DNA of 63,983 nucleotides, counting the filler, from Rhizaria sp. SCN 62-66 (lineage: Eukaryota): assembly GCA_001724265.1 (NCBI GenBank). It is 4 parts of 4 records of this genome, joined end to end, with 100 filler letters (N's around TTAATTAATTAA, not from the genome) between each part and the next. Parts side by side here need not be neighbours in the genome. Positions count along the whole stretch, not along the records: positions 1 to 19,692 come from MEDY01000464.1; positions 19,793 to 39,189 come from MEDY01000465.1; 2 more parts are not named here. One strand, written 5' to 3'. The notes beneath the pieces were generated by a model that was given only the letters and a program-made list of their open reading frames with translations, did no database searches and was not told where the DNA came from. Of this stretch, positions 11,510-24,010 are shown in pieces. How positions within the stretch are numbered: the stretch's first letter is position 1; the number at the start of each line of letters is the position of its first letter. The position numbers and the translations under genes were made by a program.

Positions 11510-14015
11510 TTAGTACGCCGGGTCGTCGCGGTCGATCATGGTCCAGCGCAGCTTGTTGCGCACGTACAGGAAGGGCCCCAGCGCGGCCTCGGAGCCGGCG
11601 TGGCCGGGCTGGGCGCTGGTCTCCGCAGAGCCGTCCAGGTACCTGGAAGCGAGAACAAGGGGAAAGCAATAAATCAAGATATCCACGGCACGATATGTGA
11701 GAAAAATATTGCGAAACAATACAATGTTACAATTTTCAAGTAGATTCATGAAATTAATTTAAAAACAACTTGCTTATAGATCGACATAATCATTTAACAT
11801 CAACAACAGCCCCAGTCGCGTACCCTTGCTGGCGGTTGTCGATGGCCGAGTCCGAAGCGATGGGGACACCGTCGACGCCCACGGCCATGCCGTTGCTGGT
11901 GGTGCGGAGGCCCAGCTCCTTGCGGCGCTGCGCGAGAGCGGACGTGGAGAGGCCCGTGGCGGAGTAGGGGAAGTGCTTGATGGCGACGTAGAGCGAGCGC
12001 GCGAAGAAGTACGCAATGCCCCAGAAGAGCACCGCGGCGAAAAGCACCACGGTCATGGTGAGCATGACAAGGCGCCACTTGCGGCCTGTGGCGTCGAGCA
12101 TGACGCCCATGATTGACGGCGACAGCGCGTCGCCCAGCGCGTGCGTGAAGATGACTGCGAAGGCCAGCGCCTGCGGGGCGAGCGCGAACGGCACGGTCCA
12201 CATGATGCAGTTGTTGAGCGGCGAGAAGCAGCAGAAGAGGAACAGCTCGGCCACGGTCAGCAGCACGAAGAAGGCCGGTGCGCCGGGCAGGATAAAGGCC
12301 AGCGCGGCGGGCACGATGGCGATGGCCGTGGCCACCGTCACGAGCTTCACCGACACCAGCACCGACTCGACGCGGTCGCGGATGTTGACGGGGTTCTGCA
12401 GGTCGTTTTGCGCGCGCTCGTCGGCGGCACGGCGCTCGGCCGCGGTCAGGCGGCGGCCCGCGCGCCCGCTGGCCGTCACTGCGCGCGCGCCCGCGGGCGT
12501 GGGCGAGAGGAGGTCCACAGGCCGCGTCTCGAGGTGCGCGTCAAACAGCCCTCCGTCAACGGCTTCGCTGTTGTTAGGATTCGCTTCGCTGGCGACGAGC
12601 TTCTTGGTGGCCGAGGGGATGCCGCGCCGCGCGCGGAGGCGGTCGAGCACGACGCCGCCGAGCATGGTGCCGACGATGCCGGTGATCACAGTAACGGCGC
12701 CGAAGCCCATGCCGGCGGTCGACTTGGACAGGCCCAGCTCCTCCTTGGCGTAGTCGATGCCGAAGAAGGCCATGCCGCCCGTCACGAACGTCTGCATCGC
12801 GTAGCCCAGCGCGACAAAGTAGAAGAGCTTGTTGCCCAGGATCGCCTTGACGGCCGTGAGGAACTTGCGGGACTCGCCAGCCACGCCCGCCGCCATGCTG
12901 ACGCCGGAGCCGGAGCCGTTGGGGGCGCCGGCGGGAGAGGCGGCGCCGCCCTCCTCGACCTGGAGCGCGGCCAGCGTCTCGGGGTCGCTGCGCGCGCTGC
13001 CGGCGGCGCCGGCGGCGGCGTTGGCGCTGGCGGGGTCGGCGAACGAGAAGGGCGACTTGCCCGCAAGCGAGAAGAGCACGAAGGGGAACATGAGCACTGC
13101 CTCGGCGATGAAGATGATGCGCCAGGACCAGCGCTCGCCCGCGGGCTGCGCGCCCAGCCACACACCCGAGGCGATAAAGCCCAGCGCGTAGCCGACGGGG
13201 ATGGCCGAATAGAAGACCGAGAGCCAGAGCGACTTGCCGCCCTTGGGAGCGAACTTGTCGATGAAGGGCGGCGCGATGCACAGGAAGGACGCCTCGCCGA
13301 AGCCGGTGAGCACGCGGCCCAGCACGACGAACCAGTAGCTCGGCGCAAGGGCGCAGAGTAGTGTGGCGAGGCACCAGATAAAGAGCCCTGAGGCCATGAC
13401 GCGGAAGGGCTCGAACTTGGTCACCAGGTGCGCGAAGATTGGCGAGGCGATCATGTAGCCGACCATGAAGGCCGAGCCCAGCAGCCCGCGCTGCGCGCCG
13501 CTGACGCCACCAAAGTCGAGGCTGATGTCCTCCAGCACGCCTGAGAGCGCGCCGCGGTCGAAGTACGACAGCAGGTTGATCACGGTGTATACAACGAGCA
13601 TGCCCGCGGCAGTGAGCGGCAGCCCCTCGAGCTTGCCGCTCTTGGCGTGAGCGTCCTCCTCCTCCTCGCCGTCATCGTAGTCCTCCGCCGCCGTGGACGC
13701 GTTCAGGCTCGAGTAGCCGTCGCCTCCGGCGCTGCCGTTGAGCGAGCCGGTAGCGAGCTGCAGCGCACCGCCGTTGTCGTTGTTGCTGCCGTACTTGGCG
13801 TTGTAGGTGGCGGCGTCGTAGTAACGCTCAGGGTCGCCGGAACTGGCGCTGGCGCCGGCAAGCGCGTTGGCGCTGCTGTGGGAGTCCGCGGCGAGCAGCG
13901 AGGCGTCCATGCCCTCCAGCGCAGGCTCGCCAGCGGGCAGCGCGGGCGCGCGCGTCGTCGCCGCCGACTTGGCGGCCGCGGACGAGGCGGCTTGGCCGTG
14001 CTTTTTCGGAGGCAT
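11510..14015 (-). CDS. Spinster-family MFS transporter, 774 aa; complement(join(11510..11642,11824..14015))
   Basis: INLLSYFDRG, GLLGSAFMVGYMIASPIF, GRVLTGFGEASF, APPFIDK, WLSVFYSAIPVGYALG, HALGDALSPSIMG are Spinster-type motifs. Phase-2 GTACGC...CAG intron at 11823-11643 gives a short last exon ending in TAA. Confidence 0.92.
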
Positions 14016-14703
14016 CGGCGGGGGTGGGGACGTGTGGCGGGCCGAGGGGCGCTGTGGAACGGTTACTGCGACACTGGGGGCGGCAGTGACACAAGATCAG
14101 CCAGCGCGAGAATAAGATAGCAAAGAAATGATGAGATGTGACTTGGTCAGACGAGTGTGTTCCTTTGTTTAAGCTGGTTCGTGGCACTCAATAAAGCAGA
14201 AAAGTAATATAAGCAAAGAAATCTAGTAGAAACAGTAGTCGGAAAATCGGAAACAATAGCGAAAGTAGAAATGGCTGGCAGTGCAGCGCGGTATCTTGCG
14301 CCGCAGAGGAGACGCGCGGTGTCAAGGAGCGACGTCGTGCGCAAGGCGCCTAGGAATGAGAAAACTGCGTGCATACCGCAAAGATCGAGTATAGAGCGCA
14401 CTCAATAACGTGGCCAAATAGAAAAATATTAAAATAGTCTTACAAGCACATCCATGAGTGTGTTGACGGTTTCTGGAAGCCGATACACTCTGCTCTTAGC
14501 ACCTTGCAGGTCAGTTCAGTGGGGACAGTTGCCCAAACCAGATCGCTGTGCAGTTCGGTCGCAACAGCTCCAGAGCTCTCGTGTTTTGCGTATCTACTTA
14601 AAAAGACACTTTCTTGGTACTAGTCTCTATGTTGTGTATTATATTGAAACCTGACACTCATACGCCTCATCCTCTATGCGCTATACCCTCCTCAATCAGA
14701 CCA

Positions 14704-16948
14704 ATGAACCATTCGCAGAGTCCGCCAGCACAGCCCCAGCAGCCGTCGCGTCAGTCACAATCGGCGCAGTCTGCGCTGGCCGCCGCGCTCGGCCACGGAC
14801 ACGCGTTGCACCACTCCCCGCTGCTTGTCGGGACTTCCACTGCGCCCGCGCCTGCGCCCGCGCCTGCACCTGCCTGGCCCTTCGCTGCCTCGGCCCCTGC
14901 GTTCGCATCAGCTGCAACATCATCATCATCATCGTCATCGTCCTCGTCCTCGTCGTCGGCTGATGCTGCGCAAGCGCCCGTGTCGGCGTCTTTTGCTCCG
15001 TTTGGCTCTGCGTTCCGCGCTCCTCTGCAGCAACACAACCTCACCCAGCCCTTTGGACAGCCGCAGCCACAGCCACCGACGACGCAGACGCAGTTAGGAG
15101 GCAGCTTCGGGGTTGCTTTCGGCTCGTCAGCGTTCGGGACGGCAGCCACAGCTGCTCCTGTTGCAGCGCCCGGGCTGGCGGGGGCGTCAGGCGCGTTTGG
15201 CCCCGCCTCATTTGCCCCCGCCTCATTTGCCCCCGCCTCGTTTGCCCCCGCCTCGTTTGCCCCCGCCTCGTTCGTCCCCGCTCCGTTTGCCGCGACCGGC
15301 TCTGCTCCCTTCGGCTCTGCTTTTGGCCCTGACGCTGGCGCCGGCGCTGCTTTTGGATCTGGCTCTAACACTGCTCCGTTATCGCTCTTGTCCTCGCCCG
15401 CGAAAGCAACGGCCGCGCCGACAGCTGCAGCAGTGGCACCATCGGACTCCACAACCGCTGCCGCGAACGAGGCAGCTGCTGATGATGATGGCAAGGGCGC
15501 AGGGCGGAGCGTTTTTGCGCCTGCCCCGCCCTTTGGCAGTGCAACAGCGGCAGCAACACCCGCGATTGGTGCGAAGATGACGGCTGAGTCCGAGTCTGAG
15601 CCGAGTGCTGCTCCCGGGGCTGACGACTCTAACCTTGCTACCGATGCGAAGTCTGCCGCGCTCGCCACACTCGAGGCTGCGCTGCGCTCTTCGATTGGCA
15701 CCAACGCTCCCAATTACGACATCTCGAATGCCAACGCTGATAACAACATGCGCAATGACGCTGACGATGACGAAGAGGACGGCGATAACTGTGTCACTGC
15801 AACCTCGAGCTCGAGCGCGAATGCAGGTCCTAGCGCCACTGCTGACGCTGCGACTGAAAGCGCGACTGCGACTGGGAGTGGGAGTGTGAGTGTGAGTGCG
15901 GCAGAGGCCGCGAACGCGCTCGCCCTCACGCTCGCTGCAGCCGCGGACGCCGACGCCGCCGCGCCCGCCGCCGAGGCCCGCGCCGCCGCGGCTGCCGCGG
16001 CCGCCACCGCCGCAGCCGCAGCCGCGGACGCCGCGGTGACCGTGGGCGATGCCGACGTTGCCGAAGCAATGGAACTCATGTACACGTCAGGTACGCACGA
16101 CGTATATTCCTTGATCAAACGCACGAATGCTTTGTCGTACGATATGGATACGTGTTACTCTTATATATTTGTTATTTGCAATTTCAAATCTCACAATCTC
16201 ACAATTACTCTCAATCCCCCTGTTTTGACTCGGCGATTATCCCGCTGCTGTCCGCCGTCATCGCCCCTGCGCGCCACCGCCGCGCGCAGGCGAGTTCGGC
16301 CGCTACGTGCTCGCGCTGCGCCGGCGCCTGACCGCGGACGTCGCCTTCTCGCGCCGCGCCGCCGCCGCCGCTGCCGCGCTGGCGGACCGCGACGGGCCGC
16401 AGCTCTTCTCCGCGCAGGAGCTTGTTGCCACGGTACGTGCCGCACCGTCGCATTCTCGCACTCTTGCGTTCTGGCACTCTTACGTTCTGACTGTCGGCAA
16501 CGCGTGCGCTTGCGAGCGCCGTGCTCAGTCGGAGGCGTTTTATCCTGATCATGTGCAGCTACTATGTTAAGTATTAAGTATTTGTTTGATATTTTGACCG
16601 ATATGAGACTCCTAATTGATTGCTATTGTGCTTATTCAATTACATCTCACACTTCATGCGACACCCTAAACCTGCTCTGTGTTTGTAACCTCACTTTCCC
16701 TGTATACATCTCGACTGCAGCTCGCCTGCGCCGCCCCGCCGTCCCTGGGACTCCTGCCCGAACCTGCAGGCAGCGTCCCAGCGGCCCACGACGCCCACGA
16801 CGCTGCCGTCGCGGCGGCCGCGAGTCGCGCCGCGCTGCTGCGCGCGCTGGCGGGCTCGCTTGAGCGCGCCGCGGCCGCACGCAGCGACGCGGGCTACTGG
16901 GGCGCGCTTGAGCACCGTGGCGACCGCAACAGCAACGGCCAGGCGTGA
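14704..16948 (+). CDS. FG/FA-repeat low-complexity protein, possible FG-nucleoporin (Nup62/Nsp1-like layout), 585 aa; join(14704..16090,16290..16432,16721..16948)
   Basis: N-terminal half carries many FG units (APFG, QPFG, SFG, AFG, PPFG) and a PASFA tandem array, followed by a helical-looking C-terminal region. Two GTACG...CAG introns restore the frame. Stop is TGA. Gene structure is solid; the nucleoporin identity is inference. Confidence 0.55.
15202..15276 (+). repeat. 15-bp coding tandem repeat (cccgcctcRtttgcc) x5 encoding PASFA
   Basis: Directly visible in the sequence; the last copy diverges to PASFV. Confidence 0.9.
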
Positions 16949-16969
16949 CTGCGGGCTACTGGGGCGCGC
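16889..16969 (+). repeat. 19-bp direct repeat gcgggctactggggcgcgc flanking the stop codon of the FG-repeat gene
   Basis: Identical copies at 16889-16907 (coding) and 16951-16969 (3' UTR). Confidence 0.85.
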
Positions 16970-17418
16970 AAGTATAAGTCTGGGTGAGTTTGAATGAGTA
17001 GACGCAGCGCCACTCTGCTCGGAACTGTCGCGGACTGTAACGCCGTTGAGAAATCGGTGTAAGATATCTAGCATTGTTGGTCACATCACAAACGTACACA
17101 TAGACGTGGATGATGATACATAATTGAACTCTTAAATCACCCAGGACTTTGCGTGTGCTTTAATTTCATTTGCCTAATGCAAGTGAGGCACAGGCGTCGT
17201 GCGTTACTCGTCCAACATCAAGTGAAAATCATCTGCAAATAAGCAAGCAGTTGCAATTATATTTATATTTTAACTCGTAAATAATAATTTTAATCCACAT
17301 ATTTTGTGTTGAACTAGAAAAAAGCGAGCGATGACTCGTACGAGTCACTTTTGTGGTGTAGATCCAGCATTAAAATCGGTATGTGGTAGAAACGGATCTG
17401 CTCACGGTCACCGACCCG

Positions 17419-17445
17419 ACCGCCGATTGCTCGGCGCGGTTCTAA
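17419..17445 (+). promoter_or_regulatory. Candidate promoter element ACCGCCGA-N6-GGCGCGG-N3-TAA upstream of MIC10
   Basis: Lies about 100 nt upstream of the MIC10 ATG; a near-identical bipartite motif occurs upstream of RPL6 (38779-38803). Confidence 0.3.
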
Positions 17446-17521
17446 GCGGGAGCCCTTAGTTTCGCTCAAGACCTGTCGGGCGCTCTAGATGTGTGTGCAA
17501 TTTGCAACAAAAGCAGTAAAT

Positions 17522-18137
17522 ATGGCTGATACTCCCGAGACTAAGGTTTCCAAGCAGTGGGACTACGCGATTGAGAAGAGTACGTCCCTAAATACCGATC
17601 GGCAATTCGAGTCATCCCGCCGGCGTGACCGCCTCATGTCCCCCCTGAACTGTCTTCTTATCGGAAATGCACACGCAGAACCACGCGTTGTGGACCTCTA
17701 TAAAATGTATTACATGTATGAGCGGAAATGTCTTTTGTGAGATGCCCGCAGGCAGCGCTTGACGGATTTATCGCACCCTACGCTCGACTGCCGTCGGGTC
17801 TGCGTCGGTTCGACGTCAACCGATTCCGAATGTCCATCAGCCGCCTCCAGCGCCTCCCGTCCCACATTTTTCCTCCTGCAAACGTCTCTTATCTTTTGTT
17901 ACTGCTCTTATGCACATATTCTACCGCTCTTCAGGCCTCATCAACACCGGCTACGGCCTCGTTGCCGGCGCTGCCACTGCGTTCATCTTCTTCCGCTCCA
18001 ACACTTGGCGCGCCTCCGTCACCACCTTCGGTGCCGGCGCTGGCCTTGGCTACTCCGTCTCCGAGATCAAGAACATGTTCGAGGCCGTCAAGCCCGCCGC
18101 GGCCAAGTCTGCTGCCCCTTCGACCCCCGCCCACTAA
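17522..18137 (+). CDS. MIC10: MICOS complex subunit Mic10, 86 aa; join(17522..17579,17935..18137)
   Basis: Spliced product MADTPETKVSKQWDYAIEKSLINTGYGLVAGAATAFIFFRSNTWRASVTTFGAGAGLGYSVSE... shows the WD motif, two Gly-rich TM helices and the GxGxGxG motif. Phase-1 GTACGT...CAG intron at 17580-17934. Stop is TAA. Confidence 0.92.
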
Positions 18138-19175
18138 GCGCGCGGACTCCCGTCGCAACTAAGCAACACACACTCAGCACGTGGCTCGACAGGGCTCGTT
18201 GGCAGCTGTCGTGTGAGTCGTCGCGACTGCGAGGCGGGCGCTCTGTTTAACTTATTATCGCGCCCCTCTTGCACGCGCCCGCTCGCACGCTCATGCTTGT
18301 CTAACATCCGAACCCACGCACACTCGATCAGCTCTCTCCGAACTAGACAGATCGCCTGTTCGTCTTCGCGCTGTCCTGCTCTGTGTCTTGTTTTAGGCGT
18401 CTTGCGTCGCTTGCCGTGCTCGGGCTTGTCGCTCCTGCTTGTCGCGCTGCCGCAGTCGCCTCCTCCTCCTCCACCTCCACCTTATTTCGCTATTTGCTCC
18501 GGCGTCCGCGCTCCCTGACTCACGTTGTCGTCTTGCGCGCGGCGCTCACGCCGTCCAGCCATCATACATACTCGGTATTTAGATCATGCAAACTCATATG
18601 AAACACTGTAAGAACTTAGACTGGACCTAACACAAAGTGCTTTCTCTCTGTGATGAATAGAAAACGAACTGTGCTCTCTCATCGCTGTTGCTCAAGCTTC
18701 ACCCAGTCACCCCTAAAGTCACCGTGCCCATCGTCTTAAGCAAGTGGACCTGATTCAGGGGTGACAGCCAGAAGCATGACACAGAGATCGACGCTGTGAC
18801 AAGGACAATGCATGCGATGGTAAATAGGGTAATCCAAGTGTATTTTTGTTACACGTACACAAATTACAAAACTAGTCATAGAATCACAACTTACAGTTGC
18901 ATTCACGCACATGTTATCGTTAAGTATAAGTAAGTAACTGTAAACAACTATTGATAAATACATGTTACGACTCGTATCAATATTAAAGACAAAAGCTTGA
19001 AGCTAAGTATGTTATGTTAAGTCCTAAGCTAACAAGTTTAAGTTAAGGACAAGTACAGGTGAAAATATGACAGAAGAAAAGCATAGAAACAAAGAGTGAA
19101 GAGAGAAATGAACTATTAGCGCAAGAACAACGATATTGTGACGCTCGCATTGCTTTTATGTTCTCCACGGACAGC

Positions 19176-22100
19176 TCAGTCGTCACTGTCGCTGCCGCCG
19201 CCGAAGCCGCCGCCGAAAGATGCCGCGGCGGCGCCGGGGGCGCGCCTGCGGACGAGGACGACCTCGTCTAGCTCCATTTGCAGCGCCGGCTGCGCGCCGC
19301 TCAGTGCAGGCATGTCCCAGTCGGCCTTCTTGCACTTGCCCTCCGCCGCCGCCGCGGCCGCGGCGGCAGGAGACGGCTTCGCACCGCCAGCGCCAGCGGC
19401 ACCGTCGTCGTCGTCGTCGTCGTCGCTGTCGTCGTCGTCCGAGTCCTCTGCCATGCGCAGCTCGTAAAGCGCGGCGTCGAGCGCGGCGAGCGCAGGCTGC
19501 CGCTGCTGCTGCTCGTACAGCAGCAGCGCCAGCGCCACCACGTCCGCGTTGCTCATGTGCGACCACACGGTGACGGGCAGCGCGCGCGCGTGCGGAGGCA
19601 CCCACACCTGCAGGCGCCGGCCGCGGCCCGTGCCGGCCCCGGCGCCCGCCGCGCCCGCGCCGCCCGCGCCCGCGCCCGCGCCCGCCGCGGCANNNNNNNN
19701 NNNNNNNNNNNNNNNNNNNNNNNNNNNNNNNNNNNNTTAATTAATTAANNNNNNNNNNNNNNNNNNNNNNNNNNNNNNNNNNNNNNNNNNNNGCCGCCGC
19801 CGCGAGCTCGGGCTCCGGCGGCGGCGCGGGCGGCGGCAGCGGCGGCGGCGGCCGAAGCCGACAGTACCGGCTCCTGCACCTGCGCCTTAACGCCCAGCGC
19901 GGCCAGCCCGCCCACCAGCGCCAGCATCGGCGGCGCGGCGGTCACGGCGCCCGCAGTCGCGCTCGCAGAGGCAGACGCGGCGCTCGAGCCGGAGCCGGGA
20001 GCGGGGCTCCCCGCGGTGAGCGCGTGGCCCGCGCCGGGGCCCGCGAGCGTGGCCAGCGGCACGGTGACGGCGTCGAGCGCGAAAGGCCGCACGCGCGCGT
20101 GGCCCTTGGCGACGGCGGCGGCGAGGCGCTTGCGCTCGAGGTCGAGCCCGCGCAGCGCGGCGGCGGCGAGCACGTGCGCGTCGCCCAGGCGGCGGGGGGC
20201 CTCCTGGCTGCACACGGCCGCGAGCAGCTGCGCCGCCGCGGCGGAAGCCGCAAGCGGCGACACCGTGCAGCTGACGGGCGGGAAGCCGGCATAGCCGCCG
20301 CTGGTGTAGTGGCTACCGCTGCTGTGAGCCGCGGAGAGCGTGACGTCGTTGGTGAGCGCAACAGCGCGGAGCAGGCGGCGCAGCGCGGTCACAGTCCGGG
20401 CCTTGGCTGCAGCGGCGTCGCCGTCCGCTGCGAACGCAGAAGCCGAGCCAGCAGCGTCGGTGCTGAGCGAAACAGCACATTCAGCGATTGTGCCCGTCGC
20501 ATGGGTCGCAGCGGCAGTGGCGAGCTCGAGCGGACACAGCACCGCTGCGCGCACGAGAGCCGCGTAGACGGCGTCGCTCACGCTGTCGCCCGCACCGGGC
20601 GCAGCACCGCTCGCCGGGGCAGGAGCGGCGACAGCGGCGGTCGGCGCAGCGCTGGCTGCGTCGGCCACCGGGGTCTGCGTCGGCTGCGGTGCACTCAAGT
20701 GCGCGTGCAGAGGCGCAGGGGACCACGGCGAGGCGGGCGTGGTCAGCGCGAGCGCGAATGCAAGGAGTGGATTGCGGGACGCCGCGAGGTGCAGCGCCGC
20801 GTCGACGCTGAGCACAGCGCCGCCCCCGGTGTTGCCGCTGCCGCTGACAGCGTCACCGTTCGCCCCAGCAACCATCGCCGTCGTGGTGGGGGCGACTGCG
20901 GTCTTGCGGGCAGCGGCCGCCTTGCCCTTGCTGCCCGCTTTCGCGCTGCCAGTGGCGGCCGCGATGCTGCTGCTGATGCTGCTGATGTTGTTGTTATTGG
21001 CGGGATTGGCGGCGGCGGCGGCAGCTGCGTCAGAGTCGGACTCGGCGTCGGACTCCGAGTCCGAGTCGGAAACCAACAGGCCTGTGGCCGCCGCGGCCGC
21101 CGCGAAGGCAGCTGAGATAGCGTTGCGCTTGACGCGTTGCGCAGCGGCCTCGGCTGTCTCAACGGGCTCAGCTACAGCAACAGCGTTCTAGACATCGGTC
21201 TCAGCGGCTGACGCAGCAGAGGCTGACAAAGCAGTCGCAGTCGCGGGGACGTCGACGTCAACCATCGCAGCGTCGGCTGTATCTGCGCCAGCGGCAACGT
21301 CGTCGCCGTGGCTACCACTGCCGCTGCGAGCGTCCGCGGCCATCGCGGCCTCGGGCGGCGGCGAGGTGGAAGGCGTAGTCACCTCCGAGTCCGCCATCGC
21401 GACACCTCCAGCGCCGGAAATGGAGAGGTCCGCGCCCGCCGCAGCGCTGCCGTCGACGCTGTTGCTGCGGCTCATGCCCTCGGTCAGCAGATCGTCCCCG
21501 CCGGCAGCACCCGCGCTGGTACTGCTGGAGCCAGCGCCGGCGCCTGCAGCAGTCGCGGTCCCGCTGGCGCTGGCGCCGGCAGCAGTCTTGGTAGCCTTGG
21601 CGCCCTTGCGCGCGCCGGCCGCGCCTGCCCCGGCCGCGCCGCCGCTGCCGCTGGCGCGCGCGGCCTGCGCCTGCGCCTGCGCTTGTGCCTGCGCCTGTGC
21701 GCGCGCCAGAATCAGCGCCGCAGCCTCGGCCTCGGCGGCGGCGGCGGCGGCGGCGGGCGCGGGGGAGGCCGCGGCCGCGGCCGCAGCGGCAGCGGCAGCG
21801 TCTGACGCCAACAGCGAGGCAGAGACAAGCGCCGCGGCGGCTGCGGCGGACGCGGCGGAGGCAGCGGCGCCGGAGCCGGCGTGTTGTTGCAACTGGAGTT
21901 GCAGCTGGAGCTGCTGCTGGTGCTGCGAGGGCAGCGACGGCCCCACCGCCGGTGCCTGGCCCTGAGACAGCAGCAGGAGCAGCGGCGGCAGCGACGGCGG
22001 CGGCGGGGGCAGCCACAGCGCGTCGCTGAAGCCGCTGCTCGTGCCCATGTGACTGTGGGTCGAGTGACCGTGAGTAGGCTGCCCGGAGGCGCTGCTGCTG

Positions 22101-24010
22101 CTGCTGGGGGCAGCTGTGGCGCTGTTAGAAGACGCTGACGCGTTGGCGCTGGCGCTGGCGCTGGCACTGGCGATTGCGCTGTCTGTATCCGTGGCACTGC
22201 TACTCGACTCACTCTCTGTTGTTGTTGATGGTGTACCTGTTGGCGCAGGTGCAGAACTTGCGCTCGTGTTTCCACCAAGCGCAACTGTGTTAATAGCGGC
22301 ATTCTCGGCATTCATGTTAGTCGCAGATGCGAGTGCGAGCACGGCGCTTGTGGCAGCATCAACTAGACTCAAAATGTTATTCGGAGTGTCATTGGAATCA
22401 GTGGCAGCGCTGACGCTCTGGGCAGTCTCCGCGTTGGCACCGCCGCCCGCAGCAGCGGCCGCAGCAGCGGCAGCAGCGGCAGCCGCTGCCTTGCCCTTCT
22501 TGCTCGCGGCGGTAGCCTTTGTGCCAGCAGAAGCAGCAGCAGCAGGAGCAGTCGCGGGCGCAACAGCGGCGCTTAAGCCCGCACCAGCCTTTGTGCCAGC
22601 CTTTAACTGCGGCTGCGGCTGAGAGTCTGCTGCGGCTGGTGGGGGCGCAGTGAGTGCCCAGCTCCGCGCCTGCGCAGGCTGCAGCAGCGCGGCTACCAGC
22701 GCTTCGTGCACACGGCTTAACTTCAGTTCGCCGCGGCTTGACGTTGCGGCAGAGTCGTCCGCAGCCGTGCCGGACGCAGAAGTGCCAGCAGCCGTGGCAA
22801 AGGCGTCGCCAGCAGCGTCGCTGCCACTTCCGCTTTCGCCACCATAGCCCATAGAAGCTGACGCTGAAGCTGGATTGTAGGTACACACTGGCACAGGCGC
22901 AGTCGGCGGAGCCGCTACAGAAAACAGAGACGCGAACGCGCCCAGCAGCGGCTCCTGTAGCTGGGCTTGTTGTTGTTGCTGTTGTTGTTTCGACTGCGGG
23001 TCATACGTGGCGGCAGCGAGCGTGAGCGCGGCGGCGGCCTCGACCACAGCCGCCGCGCGCTGGCCCGCCACGGCGCCCGCAACGAGCAGCGCGTCGCCCG
23101 CGGCCGCCGCGGCCTCGGCCGAGCCCAGCGCGCGCGCGGCTGCCGCGGCGGCCTTGGTGGCTGCGCACACGGCGGCCGCGGCGGCGGGGTCTGGCCGCAG
23201 CGCGGAGGCCAGCAACGGGGGCGCCGTGGCCGCGGCCGACAGCGAGCCCGCGACCGCGGCCGCGGCGGTCGACGCCAGGGACGACAGCACCGAGGCTAGC
23301 GCCGTGACGTGCGACGACGACGCCGCGCTGTAACCGCCGCCGCCGCCGTGGCCGTGGCCGTGCGCCGATTGACCGTGCGCCGAGTGACCGTGAGCGGAGT
23401 GACCGTGGGCCGAGTGACCGTGCGCATGTGGGCCCGAGATCGAAGTTGCGGCGATGTGCGAGGCTGCGATCGCGGCCGCTGCGCGCTGCAGACGGCGCGG
23501 CGCAGCGCCAGCGGCCGCAGCAGTGGCGGCGGCAGCGGCAGAAGCAGCTGCAGCGGCGAAGGCGGCAGAACTGTCAGCCGACGCCACAGAGCCGTCTGGA
23601 GGAAGACCGGTGCCGCCGAAAGAGGCGGTATACGTGGACGACGCGGGCGAAAGCGCGGGCATCGAACCAATGGCCCCGGACGAAGCGGCGGAAGACGCTG
23701 ACGCAGCGGCGGCGTCGGTCACGTTTGCGGGAATGGTGGGTTGTTCGGGTAGAGTACCAACGTAGCCCGTGCCTGACGGCGTGTCGAACATGGGCTCGCC
23801 ACCGGCCGCGGGCGACGCTGCAGCAGCGCCGGAAGCTGCGTCTGTGGCGGCTGAGGACGGCGAGGACGACGAATCGGCGGTGTCCGCGCCGCCAGCACCG
23901 CCGGGCGCGGCTGCGGCCGTGGCGGGAGGCAGTGCGGGACCGTAGGTCGGAGGAAGCGTGGAGGAAGGCGTGCCGCCGCTGCCGGTGCCGGCGAGGCGGG
24001 CAGTAGGCAT
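19176..24010 (-). CDS. Very long Ala-rich protein with C-terminal Sin1/Avo1-type CRIM-like domain; spans the assembly gap at 19693-19792 and contains an in-frame TAG at 21188-21190
   Basis: ORF 24010-21188 and the frame below 21187 are the same frame, separated only by TAG. The piece left of the gap reads LQVWVPP...LPVTV...ADVVALALLLYEQQQRQPAL...YELRMAED...DWDMPAL, resembling the Sin1 CRIM consensus (Y.LRI.EDDGE.D.DFP.L). Stop is TGA. Joining across the gap is inferred. Confidence 0.55.
19693..19792. other. Artificial assembly gap spacer (44 N + TTAATTAATTAA + 44 N)
   Basis: Exactly 100 nt; the 12-mer places stops in all six frames; identical to the other two spacers. Confidence 0.98.
23348..23430 (-). 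repeat. 15-bp coding repeat encoding HGHSA/HGQSA x4 within a His-rich tract
   Basis: Translation reads HAHGHSAHGHSAHGHSAHGQSAHGHGHG. Confidence 0.85.

Noticed and set aside
19737-19748. Palindromic TTAATTAATTAA, repeated at 39234 and 58673, as a biological element (PacI-like or piggyBac target)
   Set aside because: Each copy sits centrally between two 44-N runs, totalling exactly 100 nt; it is a synthetic six-frame-stop gap linker.
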